Both the position numbers and the translations under genes were made by a program. The notes under the pieces were generated by a model. It was not told the DNA's origin and ran no database searches. It was given only the letters and a program-made list of their open reading frames with translations. A stretch of DNA of 64,000 nt from Owenia fusiformis (taxonomy: Eukaryota): positions 30,690,001-30,754,000 of the forward strand of contig CAIIXF020000001.1 of assembly GCA_903813345.2 (NCBI GenBank), in the 5' to 3' direction. Positions 37,132 to 50,544 of this stretch are shown here, in pieces (within the stretch, counting starts at the first letter, position 1; each line of letters opens with the position of its first letter).

Positions 37132-40100
37132 TTATAAGTCCTGTAACTTCTTCAGTAGAATCTGACCGCCTTTAAAGTCCAGTTTAGTGAGAGATTGACG
37201 TATGGCTGTGAGATCCAATCGTATTCTCTCATTGACATCTTTGTTGCCAACATCCAAAAGACTGAAATAGTAAAGGACAAAGTTGAAAATGCAAAGAGAA
37301 ACACAGTTGGAAATATTCACACTGAATTACTAATGTAAGGTAATTCTGTTGGTTCTCCCTGTGTCCCATGTTATTCGTAAGCACCCCAATTTCAATTGGC
37401 CTGAGAGCAACTTATAGATGTGAATAACCATTCATTGCATTCTGGGATTAACGTTTTTGACAATCAATTTCAATTTGAAGGGATTCCATTAAATGAAGAC
37501 ATCATGATGTAGATTAATGAATCAGGTGGAAAAAATGGTTGAATATATAATCAAACTGATATAGTAAGTAAGCCTTGTATGCTAACACCTTGAGAGGTCA
37601 ACAATTAAATTATGATACATTTTACAAGACATTACATAGTACATATACTTTACCTGATAATTGTAAAGCAACCTCTGTTGCATGTTGACCAAGATTTTAA
37701 AGTTCCCTCGCCAATCTGTTCCATTAAGATAGTTGAGAACAGCACTGGAAAACAGGAAGAGATCTCACTTAAGCACTCCTAAACATACTTATCAATATTT
37801 TGCATGTGAGGCAAAATGTAGAAGGGTTAGTTTACACATTCATAATTTAATCATCATGCTTTTATCTTTGTAATCTACTACAACTTCACATATTCACATT
37901 TTGAATTGACCAATAGAATAATTTCCTAAACCTACCATTATTGTCTTCCTTTATTCTCTCCTTATCATTCAGGATGAGTCTCTTCATTGTAAGATGTCCT
38001 GCTGGGTGCTCAATTATATGAAAGTTCTCATCCAAGTTCCCTGCTTTGAATGGCTCAGCAGCTATCTTAGCCACAGCCTCTAGGGCGCTGCTGTGGTCAC
38101 CTGCATATTACAAAGGCAAGATTATTGAATGTGTAAAATGATCTTGAACAAGGCATTAACATGCAAAATGTCACTACCTGCCATTTGTTACAGATAACTG
38201 CTGAACACCTACAGCCAAACAGGGAAACACCAAAACCCAAACACCAACCACAAAAAGTTGTATGCTTTTTCAAGGAGTACCATGGATAATATTGAAAATC
38301 AAATCATATAGGACATACAATTGTACACAATTACAAACCTACCTTTAGCATGAGTTAATATTGCTGATAGAATCACTAAAGTAGAGTTGTTCAACACGAG
38401 TGATCTTGCATTATCCACAATATATTGGAGAAGAGGCTTCGACACAGAATCTAGAAGCTCACTTCGACGTACTGTGGCATCCTTCTTGCTGAAAAACATG
38501 AACGATTTAGGTTTAGCATTACATTTGTGGATTTACACATCTTGAACTTATCACACTCTGGGTATATCAAAGGGATTTTTGACATTCTGGTTATGAATCA
38601 TTTTTGAATCTGTTATAATAGTTCCTTGTACAATATAAACAGATAGCTTGTCAAAATCAGTTATGCCTCTAGGCCTTTTGGCCAATGCTCCTGTCTATGG
38701 ACATTACAATTCTTCAAGTCTGGGTTATTTCTTACCCTAGCTACACATACAATTATTTTTTGTATCAATTTCTTTATGAGAGAAATTTCTGAAAAAACAA
38801 GTCTCTGCTCACGCCCACTACCCCTCTAATTATTCCCAACCATATTTGTGTGCAAGATGTATGTCCTATGAAGGACAATGATGATTTCATATATGACTTT
38901 TGACTAACCTGCTTGCATTGCTGTCTCCCTGTTGCAGAACCTTCACTATATCAGAGTGACAATGCTGAGGGTGGCGTGGGGACAGCAAATACAGGAGGAC
39001 TTTACGACCATATGCATCTGCTGCAACCTCATTTAAAGACTTTATTAGCTCCTGTCATCAGAAATAAAATGATAAGGATGTACCCCACAAAATTAAGTAA
39101 TATTGCTTTTACAACTTTCAACTTATCAGTTAAACGATTAAAAGATTATGAGATTGTGAGCTGATTGTGTTAACTTAATCCTTAAGAGTGCTGACTAACC
39201 TCAAGAATGGCTTTAGAGACCAGCTTAGTGTCATCTACCACATCAAATATTGCAAGTAAGGTCAGGTGACCATACTCCTCCTTCGCTATCTTTTCAATGT
39301 GGGTCTTGAAGCTCTTTATTATAACTTTGCGGTCCTGGAATAATCAAAGCACATGCATTTGGAATACAGTATGAAGTCGAGTGTCATCATGGTTCTACAT
39401 TAATGGCTGACATTAATCAAGTCATTGTATCCCCAATATAACAGATAATAAAACACAAACAATATACAATAGAACAACAGAAAAAATATAAAACTGAAGA
39501 AAAGGACCAGAAATGGAACGTTTGTTCTTAAACATTAGCACAGATATATGATATGAAAATAATGACAGCATCATTGTTTCTTATTCATAATTCAAATATG
39601 TCAAAAATGTTGAGAGACAATCTTCCATCTCTCCATGACAGATTTTTCATTAAAACGTTGATGAATCCAAATTCTGACAAAAGTAGTTGAATATTAATTT
39701 GTAAGTTGATATATAAATATTACCTTTGCAGTTCCATGCCATATACACTGCATTGTAACTCTAGCTCCATCTCTGGTATGTAGCATATGTACAACACTTT
39801 CACGTAGATTCTCAATCATTTCCTGAAACATTGACAAAGAAATGTAAATAATAATCTTGCTCTTGCAGTGAATAATCAAGCATTGTAAAAATGATCACTG
39901 CATCCAGATGAGAATTTTATGGCACTCTTTCTTCATTAGTTCATTTTCACTCTGAGAAACCGGGCCAAAATAAAAACTGTGACAAAACAAAAAGAGTTGG
40001 ATATTATTTATTTCTTGATCAGAATCAATTGAAATATGATATTCCCAGTGTCTGCTTCATGCATATGATATAATAAAGATTACTTCATTCCTTGCTCATT

Positions 40101-43100
40101 TCACTATTTTCATTGTTTCTGTGTAATTTAAAGCATGGGTCCCTTGAACAGAACTCATGGGCAGTGTATACTTACAGTTCGCATCTTAGGGTTAGCATAA
40201 GTGAAGAACTCTGAGAATATCCGATGCACCAAGGAATGGGCCAGGATATTTCTGAAAATCAATTAATACTAAATTGCGACCATATAAGCATATTACTTTT
40301 TCTGATGACAACTTGGCTAGTGAGCAGCCATTTTGAAAATGGTGGCCTTATATGTGTTATTTTATGATACTTGCTATATATTTTGTTTGTAAAAATGCCA
40401 GCCATTGCTTTGGCGTTGCTGTTGTCTAGTTGTACAGCTGCATCAGCAAACCCAAAAATCTTGAAAGCACCTAAACTCAACTTTATCCTGCTATGATACA
40501 TTTTAAAGCATATTTTGGATCTTAAATAATTTGAATGCTGGACTTACTTGTCAATGAGTGGACTGAGTGCATCTCTCATGTTGCTGAGTATGGTCTCCCT
40601 CTTTGTTGGCTCTGATGTCATTATCTGCTCTAGTGTCTTGATCTCAGGTGTCTACAAATGTTTGACATATATAATTCCAGTCAAAAAGCTACAAATAGTG
40701 ATCAGGGGAGAAGGATTTTTATGTAAGATGATTGCTTCTTTGATATTTATGATAACATTCTAAAAGGACTTGAAGAAACTATTTGTTAGATCTGTTGAAC
40801 CAGTTTCGGTTCTTCAAAGTAATGATTAAGTTTTTCATAAATTTTGGTGAAATTTGGTTAAACTTTCTGTTGCCTGACTAATAAGGATATATCATTTCTA
40901 AAGGTGAAGTATATACCTTAAACAAGGCAAAGCTAGGCCCATAGAACTCTTCCACGAGAGCAGCTCTTTGTGGGGCATTGGCCCAATCATTATAACCATA
41001 CTCTACCACCTCAGCAGCTTCCTATACATACAACAAAATAAATAATCTTAACACATTGATTCAATGAGTTTCAAGGGCTTTAGGGTCATTGACACAATCT
41101 CCCTATATCTTTAAATGGTTAAAACATTTAAATTAAACTTGATGTCTTTATGGGACTAATCTAACCCTTTAGTTATATTTACAACCTTGCAAACAGAACT
41201 ATTATGTAAAAATCTCAAGAAAATCAAAAGAAATATAAAGTTGTATTGAAAACTAGTTGAAAACAGTGTTTAAAAAGTCTCTTTATTCATACTTACAGCA
41301 TGCCTTATGAGTTTCTTTACATGACCATAGAAGCATTTTAGGATGTGGTTCCTTTGTGCCTTTGTTCTGCAGGGAAATAACAATACATGTACAGTATAAT
41401 GTTTTATTTACAAAATTTGAATATAAAATTAAACAGAATAGTTTATTAAGTTTGAAGAAATATTAGAGCTATTATATTTGAAGATGGTATTATCATTACA
41501 TCAAGTTTTAGAAAAATAGACAATTATTTCAATTATTTCATTTCTGGATCCTGTTACTGAAGATGAAATTTTAACATTAATGCAGGGACTTGGTGATAAA
41601 GCACCTGGTTTTGACGATATAAAGCCCATGGTAATTAAACATGCTAGATTCAATATAGCTACTCCTTTTACACATATTGTTAACCTTTCACTGCAATCAG
41701 GTATTTTTCCAGATAAACTAAAGATTACAAAATTAATAGCACTTTTCAAAAAAGGAGAAAGATCACTTTTTAAGAACTATAGACCTATTTCTTTACTGAG
41801 TGTTTTTTCTAAACTTCTTGAAAAAGTAATGCATAAACGTTTTTCTACATTTCTTAAAACTAATAATCTAATGCATGAAAGGCAATTTGGTTTTAAAGAA
41901 AAACATTCAACTTATATGCCCATTCTTACTTTTTCTGAACAAATTCGTTTTGCTTTAGATAATAAAAAACATGTTTTAGGTTTATATTTAGACCTTTCCA
42001 AGGCATTTGATACCATTGACCATACAATTTTACTAAATAAACTAGAAATGTTAGGTTTTCGCGGTGTTGCTAATGATTGGTTTAGAAGTTATTTAAAAAA
42101 CCGTCCTTTAAAAACTTTTATTGAGGATACATATTCAGATAAAAATGAAACTTTAACTTTTGGTGTCCCTCAAGGCTCTGTCTTGGGGCCAGTATTATTT
42201 ACACTATATATAAACGATCTTTTTAAGGTATCAGATATTTTCAAATTAGTTATTTTTGCTGATGATACTAATATATGTCTCGAAGATGATAACCTAGAAA
42301 ACTTATTCAAAATTGCAAATAATGAAATGATTAATATTTCTAATTGGTTCAAGAACAATAAACTTTCACTCAACATAGATAAAACTAATTATATGATCTT
42401 TACTAAATCAAAAACTAAACTCAATGATCCCAAATATCAGTTAATTATTGATAGAAATACTATTGAACGAGTTGAAAAAACAAACTTTCTTGGAGTAATA
42501 ATTGACAATAAATTAAATTGGAACGAACATATATCTTATATTATTTCGAAAATATCCAAAACTCTAGGTATACTTTACAAAATACGCTACAAATTACATT
42601 TAACAGCTTTGCTAGATATATACTACTCACTTATATATTCTCACATTTCATATTGTAACATCATATGGGGAAATGCCAACAAATTTTTATTAGACAAGAT
42701 TTATGCAATTCAAAAAAAATTTGTCAAATTATCTTTAAATTTAGATTTACTTCACCCAAGTTTACCACTATTCAAGCAATTACATATATTAACTATCTTT
42801 GATATTCATAAATTAGAAAAAGCAAAATTCATGTTTAATATAGTTAAAGAACCAGCACATTTTCCTTCCCATTTATTTAAACAGTATTTCAATTTCAGAC
42901 ACACTCGTACCACGAGACAAATCCATCACATTATCCCATGCAAATTTAAATCAAACTTAACAAAAAAATCAATTCAATACTCTGGAACAATAATATGGAA
43001 CAAACTACCAACATCCCTTCAATCTTTACCATCATTTTACTCCTTTAAATACAATTACAAAAAAACATTAATAAATTGTTACTGAGCCATGAGCATGTAC

Positions 43101-46100
43101 TGTTATTCTTCCACAATTGTATTATGTTTGTATTTTTCACTTTTGAATTGTTTATGTGCAGGCATTTTTGTATATTGTCGTATTTTATAACATGAACTGG
43201 TATGATATCTATAATTGTATTTCTTGCTTTATTCAATTCATATAAATTGTAATATATTTTTATATTGTACAACTTTTGATTTTAGCACTGATATGCCCTT
43301 TTATGGGTATCAAGTGCCAACACTGTTAATGTAATACTAAATGAATATGATAATAAAATAAAAAAAATAAATAAATTTGACAGAAAAACATATCTTCATG
43401 AAATACTGCCAAAATGTATCCATGTATTGTGAAATAATTGTTGAATGGTTATGATCTAACTCAACAATTAAATCTTAATACATAACAAACTATACAAAAT
43501 AATAACTTACCCATGTTTTAACATTTTCTTCACAAAGAACTTAGAATATTTTGATTTGGACATAGCTACAACATCATCTGCAAGTAAAAACAAAGGTCTT
43601 TCATTTATAGAACAGAGCACACAGAAAGCATGGTCATTACTAAATAACACTACAACTTGTTGACTTGATGTGTGATGTTAATATATTGGCTCAACATCTT
43701 CCCAGCATACTCTAAATCTAACCAGAATTAGCATAAATCATTCCTTAATATATTAGTAATGCTATACTACGTTGAGTCATTTGGCCTCAAATGCAATAAC
43801 TACAGTAGAAGATAAGATGCTCTGCCCAATTGATAGTAACATTTGCTTGACATTTGTTGTAACAATCAAAGGGACAATTGAACTAAATATGAATGAGAAT
43901 CAAGAAACAAAATGGATAATGATCCATCTATTTGACAGTGAAGACATTACAGAAGCATTAGAGGTTTTGCATAAATCTGGCGAATGCATTATGGATTCTA
44001 GATATGTTGAGCAAAAAACGTTGTGTGAAACCACTCTTATAATTGAGATTTTGTACCTTTTAATTCTTCAAAGACAAAATTCCTGTGCTCCACACTGCCA
44101 TATTTCATCAAACACTGCACAACTCTGGCAGTGTCATGGGCAAATATCATCTAAAATCGCAAAACAAGAACATTCATATTGGTTGCCCAACAATCAGTGT
44201 TATACTGGTTGACCAGCAATCCATCTTATATTGGTTGACCAGCAATCCGTCTTATATTGGTTGCCCAACAATCAGTCTTATATTGGTTGACCAGCAATCC
44301 GTCTTATATTGGATGACCAGCAATCAGTCTTATATTGGATGACCAGCAATCCGTCTTATATTGGTTGACCAGCAATCCGTCTTATATTGGTTGCCCAACA
44401 ATCCGTCTAATATTGGTTGCCAAACATTCAGTCTTCTATTGGTTGTTGCCCAACAATCAATCTAACATAGCTTTCCCAATATAAATATCACAAGTACTGT
44501 AATAGGTGCTTACCTGGTTAGCACTTCCCTTTACCAACTTGAACAATTCCCCAGACAGCTCTGCACGCTTCTCACTAGTAGTGTTGTGCCTATAATAAAA
44601 ATATTTCTTGAAATTATTTTGTGAAAGTCTGATTTTTTAATGAAATATATTGACAGTATATCATAACACTTGTGATACATACATGTAGCTGATATATACC
44701 CTGGACCCTGGAGTGTATTATACACATGTATTTCATAGTACATGTACAGTATAATTGAAATATAAAGAATGTTGATATATCTGATAGAGTGGAAGGAATG
44801 TATCTTTAGGTATATATAAGGGTTATGTACTTGGAGGTTTTGGATATAGGGTATATCCTGAGGGATATATTTATATCTCTCGAGAGACCGAAGAGACCAA
44901 GGGGAGATATATGAGCCTATACTGTAAAAGCTAGAGGTGTCACGGATACCCGATTTTGTTCCGATCCGCGGAATTATGCCATCGAAACGGAACATAAATT
45001 AAGAATTTCGGTTCGGTTCCGGAACAAGATCATTTTACCCTTTCACAACTTCTGGCCCTTGAATCTCCACAAAACAGCATTTTTCTTTCAATATTTTGTA
45101 TCAAAAGAGGTTCATTATTTTTACTCCTTCTCTTTGAAGAGTTTTGAAGAGCTTTTCGCTTCCAAATAGACCTAGATGATCAGATTATTTTAATCTAATA
45201 CACGCAGTCACTATGTTCTGAACCGATCCGAAATTGTTCCGTCCCGAAGCAAAATGTTCCGAACCGAACCGTTCCGATTTTTTTTGTTCCGTGACATCTC
45301 TAGTAAAAGCACAATTTATATTTTCGTAATATTCCTTTTGTTCAATACAATTAAAGTGTAACATTTAAACTTTTTAACAAATTTTAGACTTTTAAATGTT
45401 AAAACTTTTAAAATTCTAAATACTTTTTCTCAAAATTCCCGGGAGCGGAATGGATATATTATATCTGCCCGCATTTGGCCTGGAGCGGGACATTATACAT
45501 GTCATGATATAGGGAGAAAATCAATAAACTCAAGGCCTGTGTTACACTTGCTAACTGTATATTGAATGCTCTTACTATGCTAGAATATTTTCTCTCCCTA
45601 TATCTTGACACTGTTTCTCAAGTATGAGATACACATGTCTATCTACCTTCTTAGCTGTTCCCAAATTTTCTTTGCTTTTTGTGACACTTCAAAATTGTCC
45701 TTCTGCTGTCTTCTCACCAATTTGCGATCTTTCTTTTTCATTTCTTCTAGCTTTGGCTTTTTCTCTTCACCTACAAAAACAAGTAGATTATGCATAGCTA
45801 CCTTGACATTATACACTATAGTCCAAAAAAGCTGTAGACTCCTATAGTTTCATAGAATATGTTTGACAATGGTGATCACAAGCTAAGCAATTTGGCACTT
45901 CCGGATAAAAGCAAAATTATTTCAATTTTACATCATTAGACAACTAACATAAAAGAACCATCCTTAACAAAATGCATGTCATTTCATACCAAAAATGGTA
46001 TGTACATGAACTTACTTGTGTCTGCATTTCCTCCTTTCCTTTTAACACCCTTTTCTTTCCCAGATCCTGCTTTACTAGATTCTTCTTTTCCAGTCTTCTT

Positions 46101-46939
46101 GAATTTTTTAGCTGCATGCTTTAATGCCACCTAGATACAACATGCCAGAAGGATTAACCAAGAATGAGGCCTTAATGACAAGATTGAAAGGTGTATAATT
46201 TACCATGAAAAAATTATGGAAGACGTAAATTGGATAACACTGGTTAATGATAACACAATTCTAATCATTTTCCCAACTGAAAGCATTGAACATTTCAGCC
46301 TGTTAGGTATACATGGAGTTTCATGCATGGACTGGAGCTGTGGTTTTATGACTAACCAATTGTATCATGTAATATTACAAGGAGTTTCTAGCAAGGATTT
46401 TTGTTATGTAAATAATATTTATCAACATATACCTTAAATGGCTTCTTTTCTTTCTTTTCCTCTACACTAGATTTCTTTACTTTCTTTTTCTCTGGGCTCC
46501 AAGTACTTTCCTCTGCATCATCACTTTTCACATTGACTGCTGAAAATGTTCCTCCATCTGGCTGCCCCCTTGCTTTTTCAATAGCTTGCTCCCAGCCATT
46601 ACTTTCATTGGTCTCTATCTTACGTTTGGTTGATGATTTTGAAACTTCAGATTTATTGGACTTTGATTTTTCAGAGGTTTTAGTTTTATTATTCTGTTTA
46701 GACTTCTTCTTGGACATATTAGTTTCATCAAAAGAACTGTCTAATGTAGATTTTGGAGATTTACTTTTCATTGGTGTCTTGGACTTTTTCATTTTGGGGG
46801 TTGAGACTTTATTGTTTGATGCTATTTTTGGAATGTTTTTCTTCTTTACACTGTTACCTTCAGGTTCTGCTCTTTGACTGATGTTCATCTTTTTTGGTGT
46901 AGCTTGACCAATTTTCTTAGACTTTTTTGAGCTCTCCAT
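37132..46939 (-). CDS. PUM3: Pumilio homolog 3 / Puf-A (nucleolar), about 748 aa; 17 coding exons: 46939-46433, 46130-46016, 45770-45647, 44589-44514, 44150-44057, 43577-43511, 41366-41297, 41021-40917, 40651-40548, 40251-40176, 39822-39724, 39334-39200, 39051-38909, 38488-38343, 38100-37936, 37744-37654, 37261-37132
   Basis: In-phase GT-AG exons total 2247 nt. They encode AKKIWEQLRR, FAHDTARVVQC, SKSKYSKFFVKKMLKHG, HMLHTRDGARVTMQCIWHGTAKDRKVIIK, DDTKLV, YGRKVLLYLLSPR, SKKDATVRRSELL, EHPAGHL and NRG, which are PUM3/Puf6 and CPL-domain motifs. The N-terminus is Lys/Ser-rich. Confidence 0.96.
41520..43375 (+). mobile_element. 5'-truncated CR1/L2-group LINE with an intact reverse-transcriptase frame (ORF 41580-43085), antisense in PUM3 intron 6
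   Basis: RT motifs NYRPISLL, QFGF, LDLSKAFDTIDH, GVPQGSVLGP, FADDT and FLGV, and C-terminal YCNIIWG. The frame opens upstream as FLDPVTEDEI. It has a 3' UTR and an A-rich (AAAT)n-like tail near 43352-43375. No endonuclease domain and no clear TSD. Confidence 0.93.
44171..44462. repeat. 26-bp minisatellite, about 11 copies, in PUM3 intron 4
   Basis: Repeated TATTGGTTGACCAGCAATCCGTCTTA, with the variant TATTGGTTGCCCAACAATCAGTCTTA. Confidence 0.92.
44813..45633 (+). mobile_element. TATATAAGGG-family element, copy B (internally deleted, interrupted by a hAT MITE)
   Basis: Starts TATATAAGGGTTATGTACT, contains the shared block at 45433-45492 and ends CTCAAGTATGAGATACA. Confidence 0.75.
44932..45302 (+). 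mobile_element. hAT MITE (TAGAGGTGTCACGGA / TCCGTGACATCTCTA), copy 2
   Basis: 8-bp TSD GTAAAAGC at 44924-44931 and 45303-45310. Confidence 0.92.
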
Positions 46940-47753
46940 TATTATGTCCTGGAAAATAAGATTAAACATTATTTTGTTTCCATCACTGTAACTTGGATTT
47001 GTTCCCAGCATTCCATGTCGATATTCTGCCATATATGGTGTCATGTCTTGATTACAAAATTCAAAGTTAAACAGCCACAAGTTTTTTCACTTCAGAATTT
47101 GAATTGCGAGTTTTGATCTTATTACCTAACAAAAAATCAAAGCACACAAGAAGTGATGAAGATTCTGTATTTGTCTTTAATTTGGTGAGCATTTTATTTT
47201 GGCGTATTAAAAAAATCACCAAATCAAATACTCCCTAAATTTCCAAGGAATTTCACATGTTTTTCATTCGATGCACTTCCGGTTAAAAGAAAGATATCAA
47301 AATGGGTGAGCTGTTCAAATTTTTAGAAACAACAATTAATATTGAAGATATTATATAGACAAGAAATATTGTAGAAATTGTTCATCAACAACACTGACGA
47401 TGAGTATCTTGAACGGTATGGGTTCGATTTCTCGCCGAGTAGCCTTTTTTATTTTTCATTTTGTGAATAGTAAACTAGAAGTTTTTCTCTGAAGTCCGAA
47501 AATGATTAATTCTATTCTTAGAATTTCCTTGGCAGGCTATAACGCTCTATTACTTACAAATATCTAATGGAATAAATCACTTGCACTGGTTTTGCTCGAG
47601 TCTCAAGCTTACAGAATATAGAGGGAATCCCGGTGAAAGGTGGCAAATAGTCAGGCGAAAAGTATGATTACCGAATCTAACCTAGGATCAAGACATTATT
47701 CTGGATAAAGAAAAGGGTCTTGTTTATTCTAGATAACATTTTTAACATGGTTT

Positions 47754-48294
47754 ATTATCACTGGTGATCCACTCGATTACGCTGGTTACCAAAACGGTTT
47801 GTTTTGGTAACAAAATGTCGGAGCATCCGGAAGGTACGATTTTTCTCGTTTCCTTATTTTACACTTTGTAGGCAGAATTCCCACGACAGTTTTTAAACGT
47901 GTATCAGTATCATATGTTTAGAAAGTGTACATATTTGCGAACAAATAGTTCAGAAGACAACAGAATCGTCGATTTACTTCCTCACTTAAGTTACATAAAC
48001 GGTTTGGGTTAAAAGTGCAGATCTTAACTGTTTTTCGAAAAACCGTTTATGTAACTTAAGTGAGGAAGTAAATCTACGATTCTGTTGTCCTCTGAGCTAT
48101 TTTTTCGCAAACATGTATATTTTCTAAAACATATGATACGGATGCACGTTGTGAAAAAAAACGTCGTGGGGATTCTGCCTGCAATGCCTGTAATAAGGAA
48201 AAAAGAAAAATCGTGCCTTCGACGTTCCAACATTTTGTTACCAAAACGGTTCGTTTTGGTAACCAGCGTAATCGAGTGGATCACCAGTGATAAT
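47754..48294. mobile_element. Foldback element (about 255-bp inverted arms) upstream of PUM3
   Basis: ATTATCACTGGTGATCCACTCGATTACGCTGGTTACCAAAACG mirrors CGTTTTGGTAACCAGCGTAATCGAGTGGATCACCAGTGATAAT. Complementarity continues to about 48005/48040. It may extend outwards to about 47618-48415. Confidence 0.85.
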
Positions 48295-49303
48295 GAATGC
48301 AGGAACATCAGAAAACACACTTCAGGATCTAATGCCTTTAGATTTCAATCCCAAAATGTCTTTGGTACACAGATATTTCAGTAGAATTTAGAAAGGAATT
48401 TCGGGGTTTCCCTATGACTCATTTTCATGTGTTGGTTTGATGATTCCAGATATTTGTCTTCTCAGCATTTTTGGACCTCTATGCTTAAAAGACCTCTCAT
48501 GATTGTGACCTTGCAAAATCCTCCGTGGAACATTCTCATATACCTGGTCTATGAGATTTAGTATAAATTGAGAAGTGTATTTACTTCGATGTAGCAATTG
48601 ATCTCGGCTTTATGGAACACACAGGACTTACATGTAAACTAAATTCTCAGAAAGTAAGTTTGACTTTTTGAATCAGTTTCTGAAAAGTTGTTTTATAGGA
48701 TTATGAATTTAAGTAAAGAACTGAATATTTTACTTTCTAGCATTAAATCTTATGAGAGATAACTTGAGATTTCCATAGTCTCTTTATGGTTCAAACATAG
48801 ATCGCAAGGCAACATGGGTTTGAAAGAAATGGAACAGAGAAATGAAAGTTTATAAACACTGATGTTACATGTACTTTAACTTTAATTACTTTTCAACTTA
48901 TTTTCTTGAACATGGGTATCTGAAGTCTATTTAAGATCAAACAGTGATCGTGTGAAGCGATGGAGGTTTGAATTAAGAAATAGAAAAGAGAAACATTGTT
49001 AAGATTATTAATCATTGGCACATGGTTTTGGGATGAATACTTCATGTGCACATGAATTATTTGCTTCTGAGCACTTACAAGCTAGCCAAACTCAAACTCG
49101 TGACAAATGCATTATGCATATGCTTGTATGAAGCCTTGGAGACACTCATTTTGGTAAATATGATTTACGGTATATACTTTTCTATAGTTTGTGGGAGTTT
49201 GGGACATAAAATGTTAAAATTCAAGAACATATGCCAACTATACGACTTATCAATTAATTTGTATCAGCACTGTAATTATCAATTCCCGGCCAAGACTACC
49301 GAT

Positions 49304-49771
49304 TATGTTGTCGCGATGTGCCATAATCGTACAACGATGCATCTCCAATTTTCAGTAGTAAACATCGATGCACATCACGATGTACATCGAGAAAAAGTCT
49401 GAGAAAAGTGCACTGAAATACCAAACACTAATGCACTAAAATACCGAACAGAACAAATAAATAAGAGTGCGCTGGTACATCCGAGAACTTCTAGTAACGG
49501 TGAAATGAAAGTAAAGTAATTTTTTTAGATTAATGGTTCATTTCGACTAGCTAAAACAGTTTTAAAGCGAAAGAATATCAGAAAACATTGGAAAATGAAA
49601 TAAGACAAGAGAAAGGTAAGCGATTTGCGTCAAAATAAGATAAGAAAGCGTGATTTTTAGCAAATTAAATTTTTTTAAAAACATCGATGTTTTGTTTCAG
49701 ACATCGATGCATCGCCAGAATCAGCTTTGGCGATGTATATCGCGATGTATCGATTAATCGCGACAACACTA
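49304..49771. mobile_element. hAT MITE with 8-bp TSD
   Basis: TATGTTGTCGCGAT...ATCGCGACAACACTA, with CTACCGAT at 49296-49303 and 49772-49779 and internal CATCGATG repeats. Confidence 0.85.
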
Positions 49772-49967
49772 CTACCGATCGTTTCATTTGCTCCGGGAAT
49801 AGTATTTTATAGACTTTATAAGCCAATTTCCAAGTTTCCAAGATATACAAATGTCATTCGTGTGCAATATGAATATATTTCTCTATATATTATTGCACAA
49901 TAGTCCTTAGATTTCTTATTTTAGGTTCAACTCGTTGCTTTGAAGCAGTACGTCTCAACATGAGGCC

Positions 49968-50544
49968 ACATGCTATCTATTGCAAGACTAACGCCTGGTG
50001 TAACAGTTATACAAGAAATGTAAATGAAGTGGAAATATTCCCCAAAATTTTCCGAAGGCATGTCAGTCCGGAAGTTATGATACGTTATGGTGTCACTACG
50101 GTAAATCATTGAAAAATATTGAAAAAAATCACAAAATTCAAGTTCTGGTGTGAGGTTCCATATCCATCCGCTAAAAGGTATGACACTATAAAGTCCATTT
50201 ACAAATTTGTGGTTTTGTTCTAAATAACGCCATAGTTGGCTTCTAGGGTACCTAGTATGCCACTATTTCATCGTATCAAAATAAAGAGGAGGAGTTCAAC
50301 TTTCATTTGAATTACGAAAATAGCGATGTAGGTCAAAATAGTTCCGGCGTGAGCATGTTTACTACGCGATTACACTACCACGGTCATGGCAGGCATTTTA
50401 ATATAATACAGCATTGTCGCGGTTATACTAGGCTTTCACGATAACATTACCACGGTCATGGCAGGATCCTTGCGCTACTTAAAAAACACCAAATAACATG
50501 GTGACGGTTACGCCAGGCGTTAGTCTTGCAACAGATAAGGTCTC
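49968..50544. mobile_element. Mutator-like MITE with 9-bp TSD, upstream of AK3
   Basis: TIR TATCT(A/G)TTGCAAGACTAACGCCTGG(T/C)GTAAC at both ends. CATGAGGCC is duplicated at 49959-49967 and 50545-50553. Confidence 0.75.

Noticed and set aside
37745..37935. C-box-like ATGATGA (minus strand) in a PUM3 intron, a possible C/D snoRNA
   Set aside because: No properly placed CTGA D box or terminal stem.
44531..44995. 154-aa ORF and the similar ORFs at 32815-33030 and 63265-63720
   Set aside because: The similarity comes from the shared non-coding repeat family; frames and lengths are not conserved and no transposase motifs are present.
46949..47080. Upstream extension of the PUM3 ORF (MWLFNFEF...)
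   Set aside because: It lies beyond a clear TTTTCCAG acceptor at 46949, so it is intronic; the likely start is the ATG at 46939.
47415..47450. GGTTCGATTTC B-box followed by a T run, a possible tRNA or Pol III gene
   Set aside because: No cloverleaf or convincing A box; probably a SINE relic.
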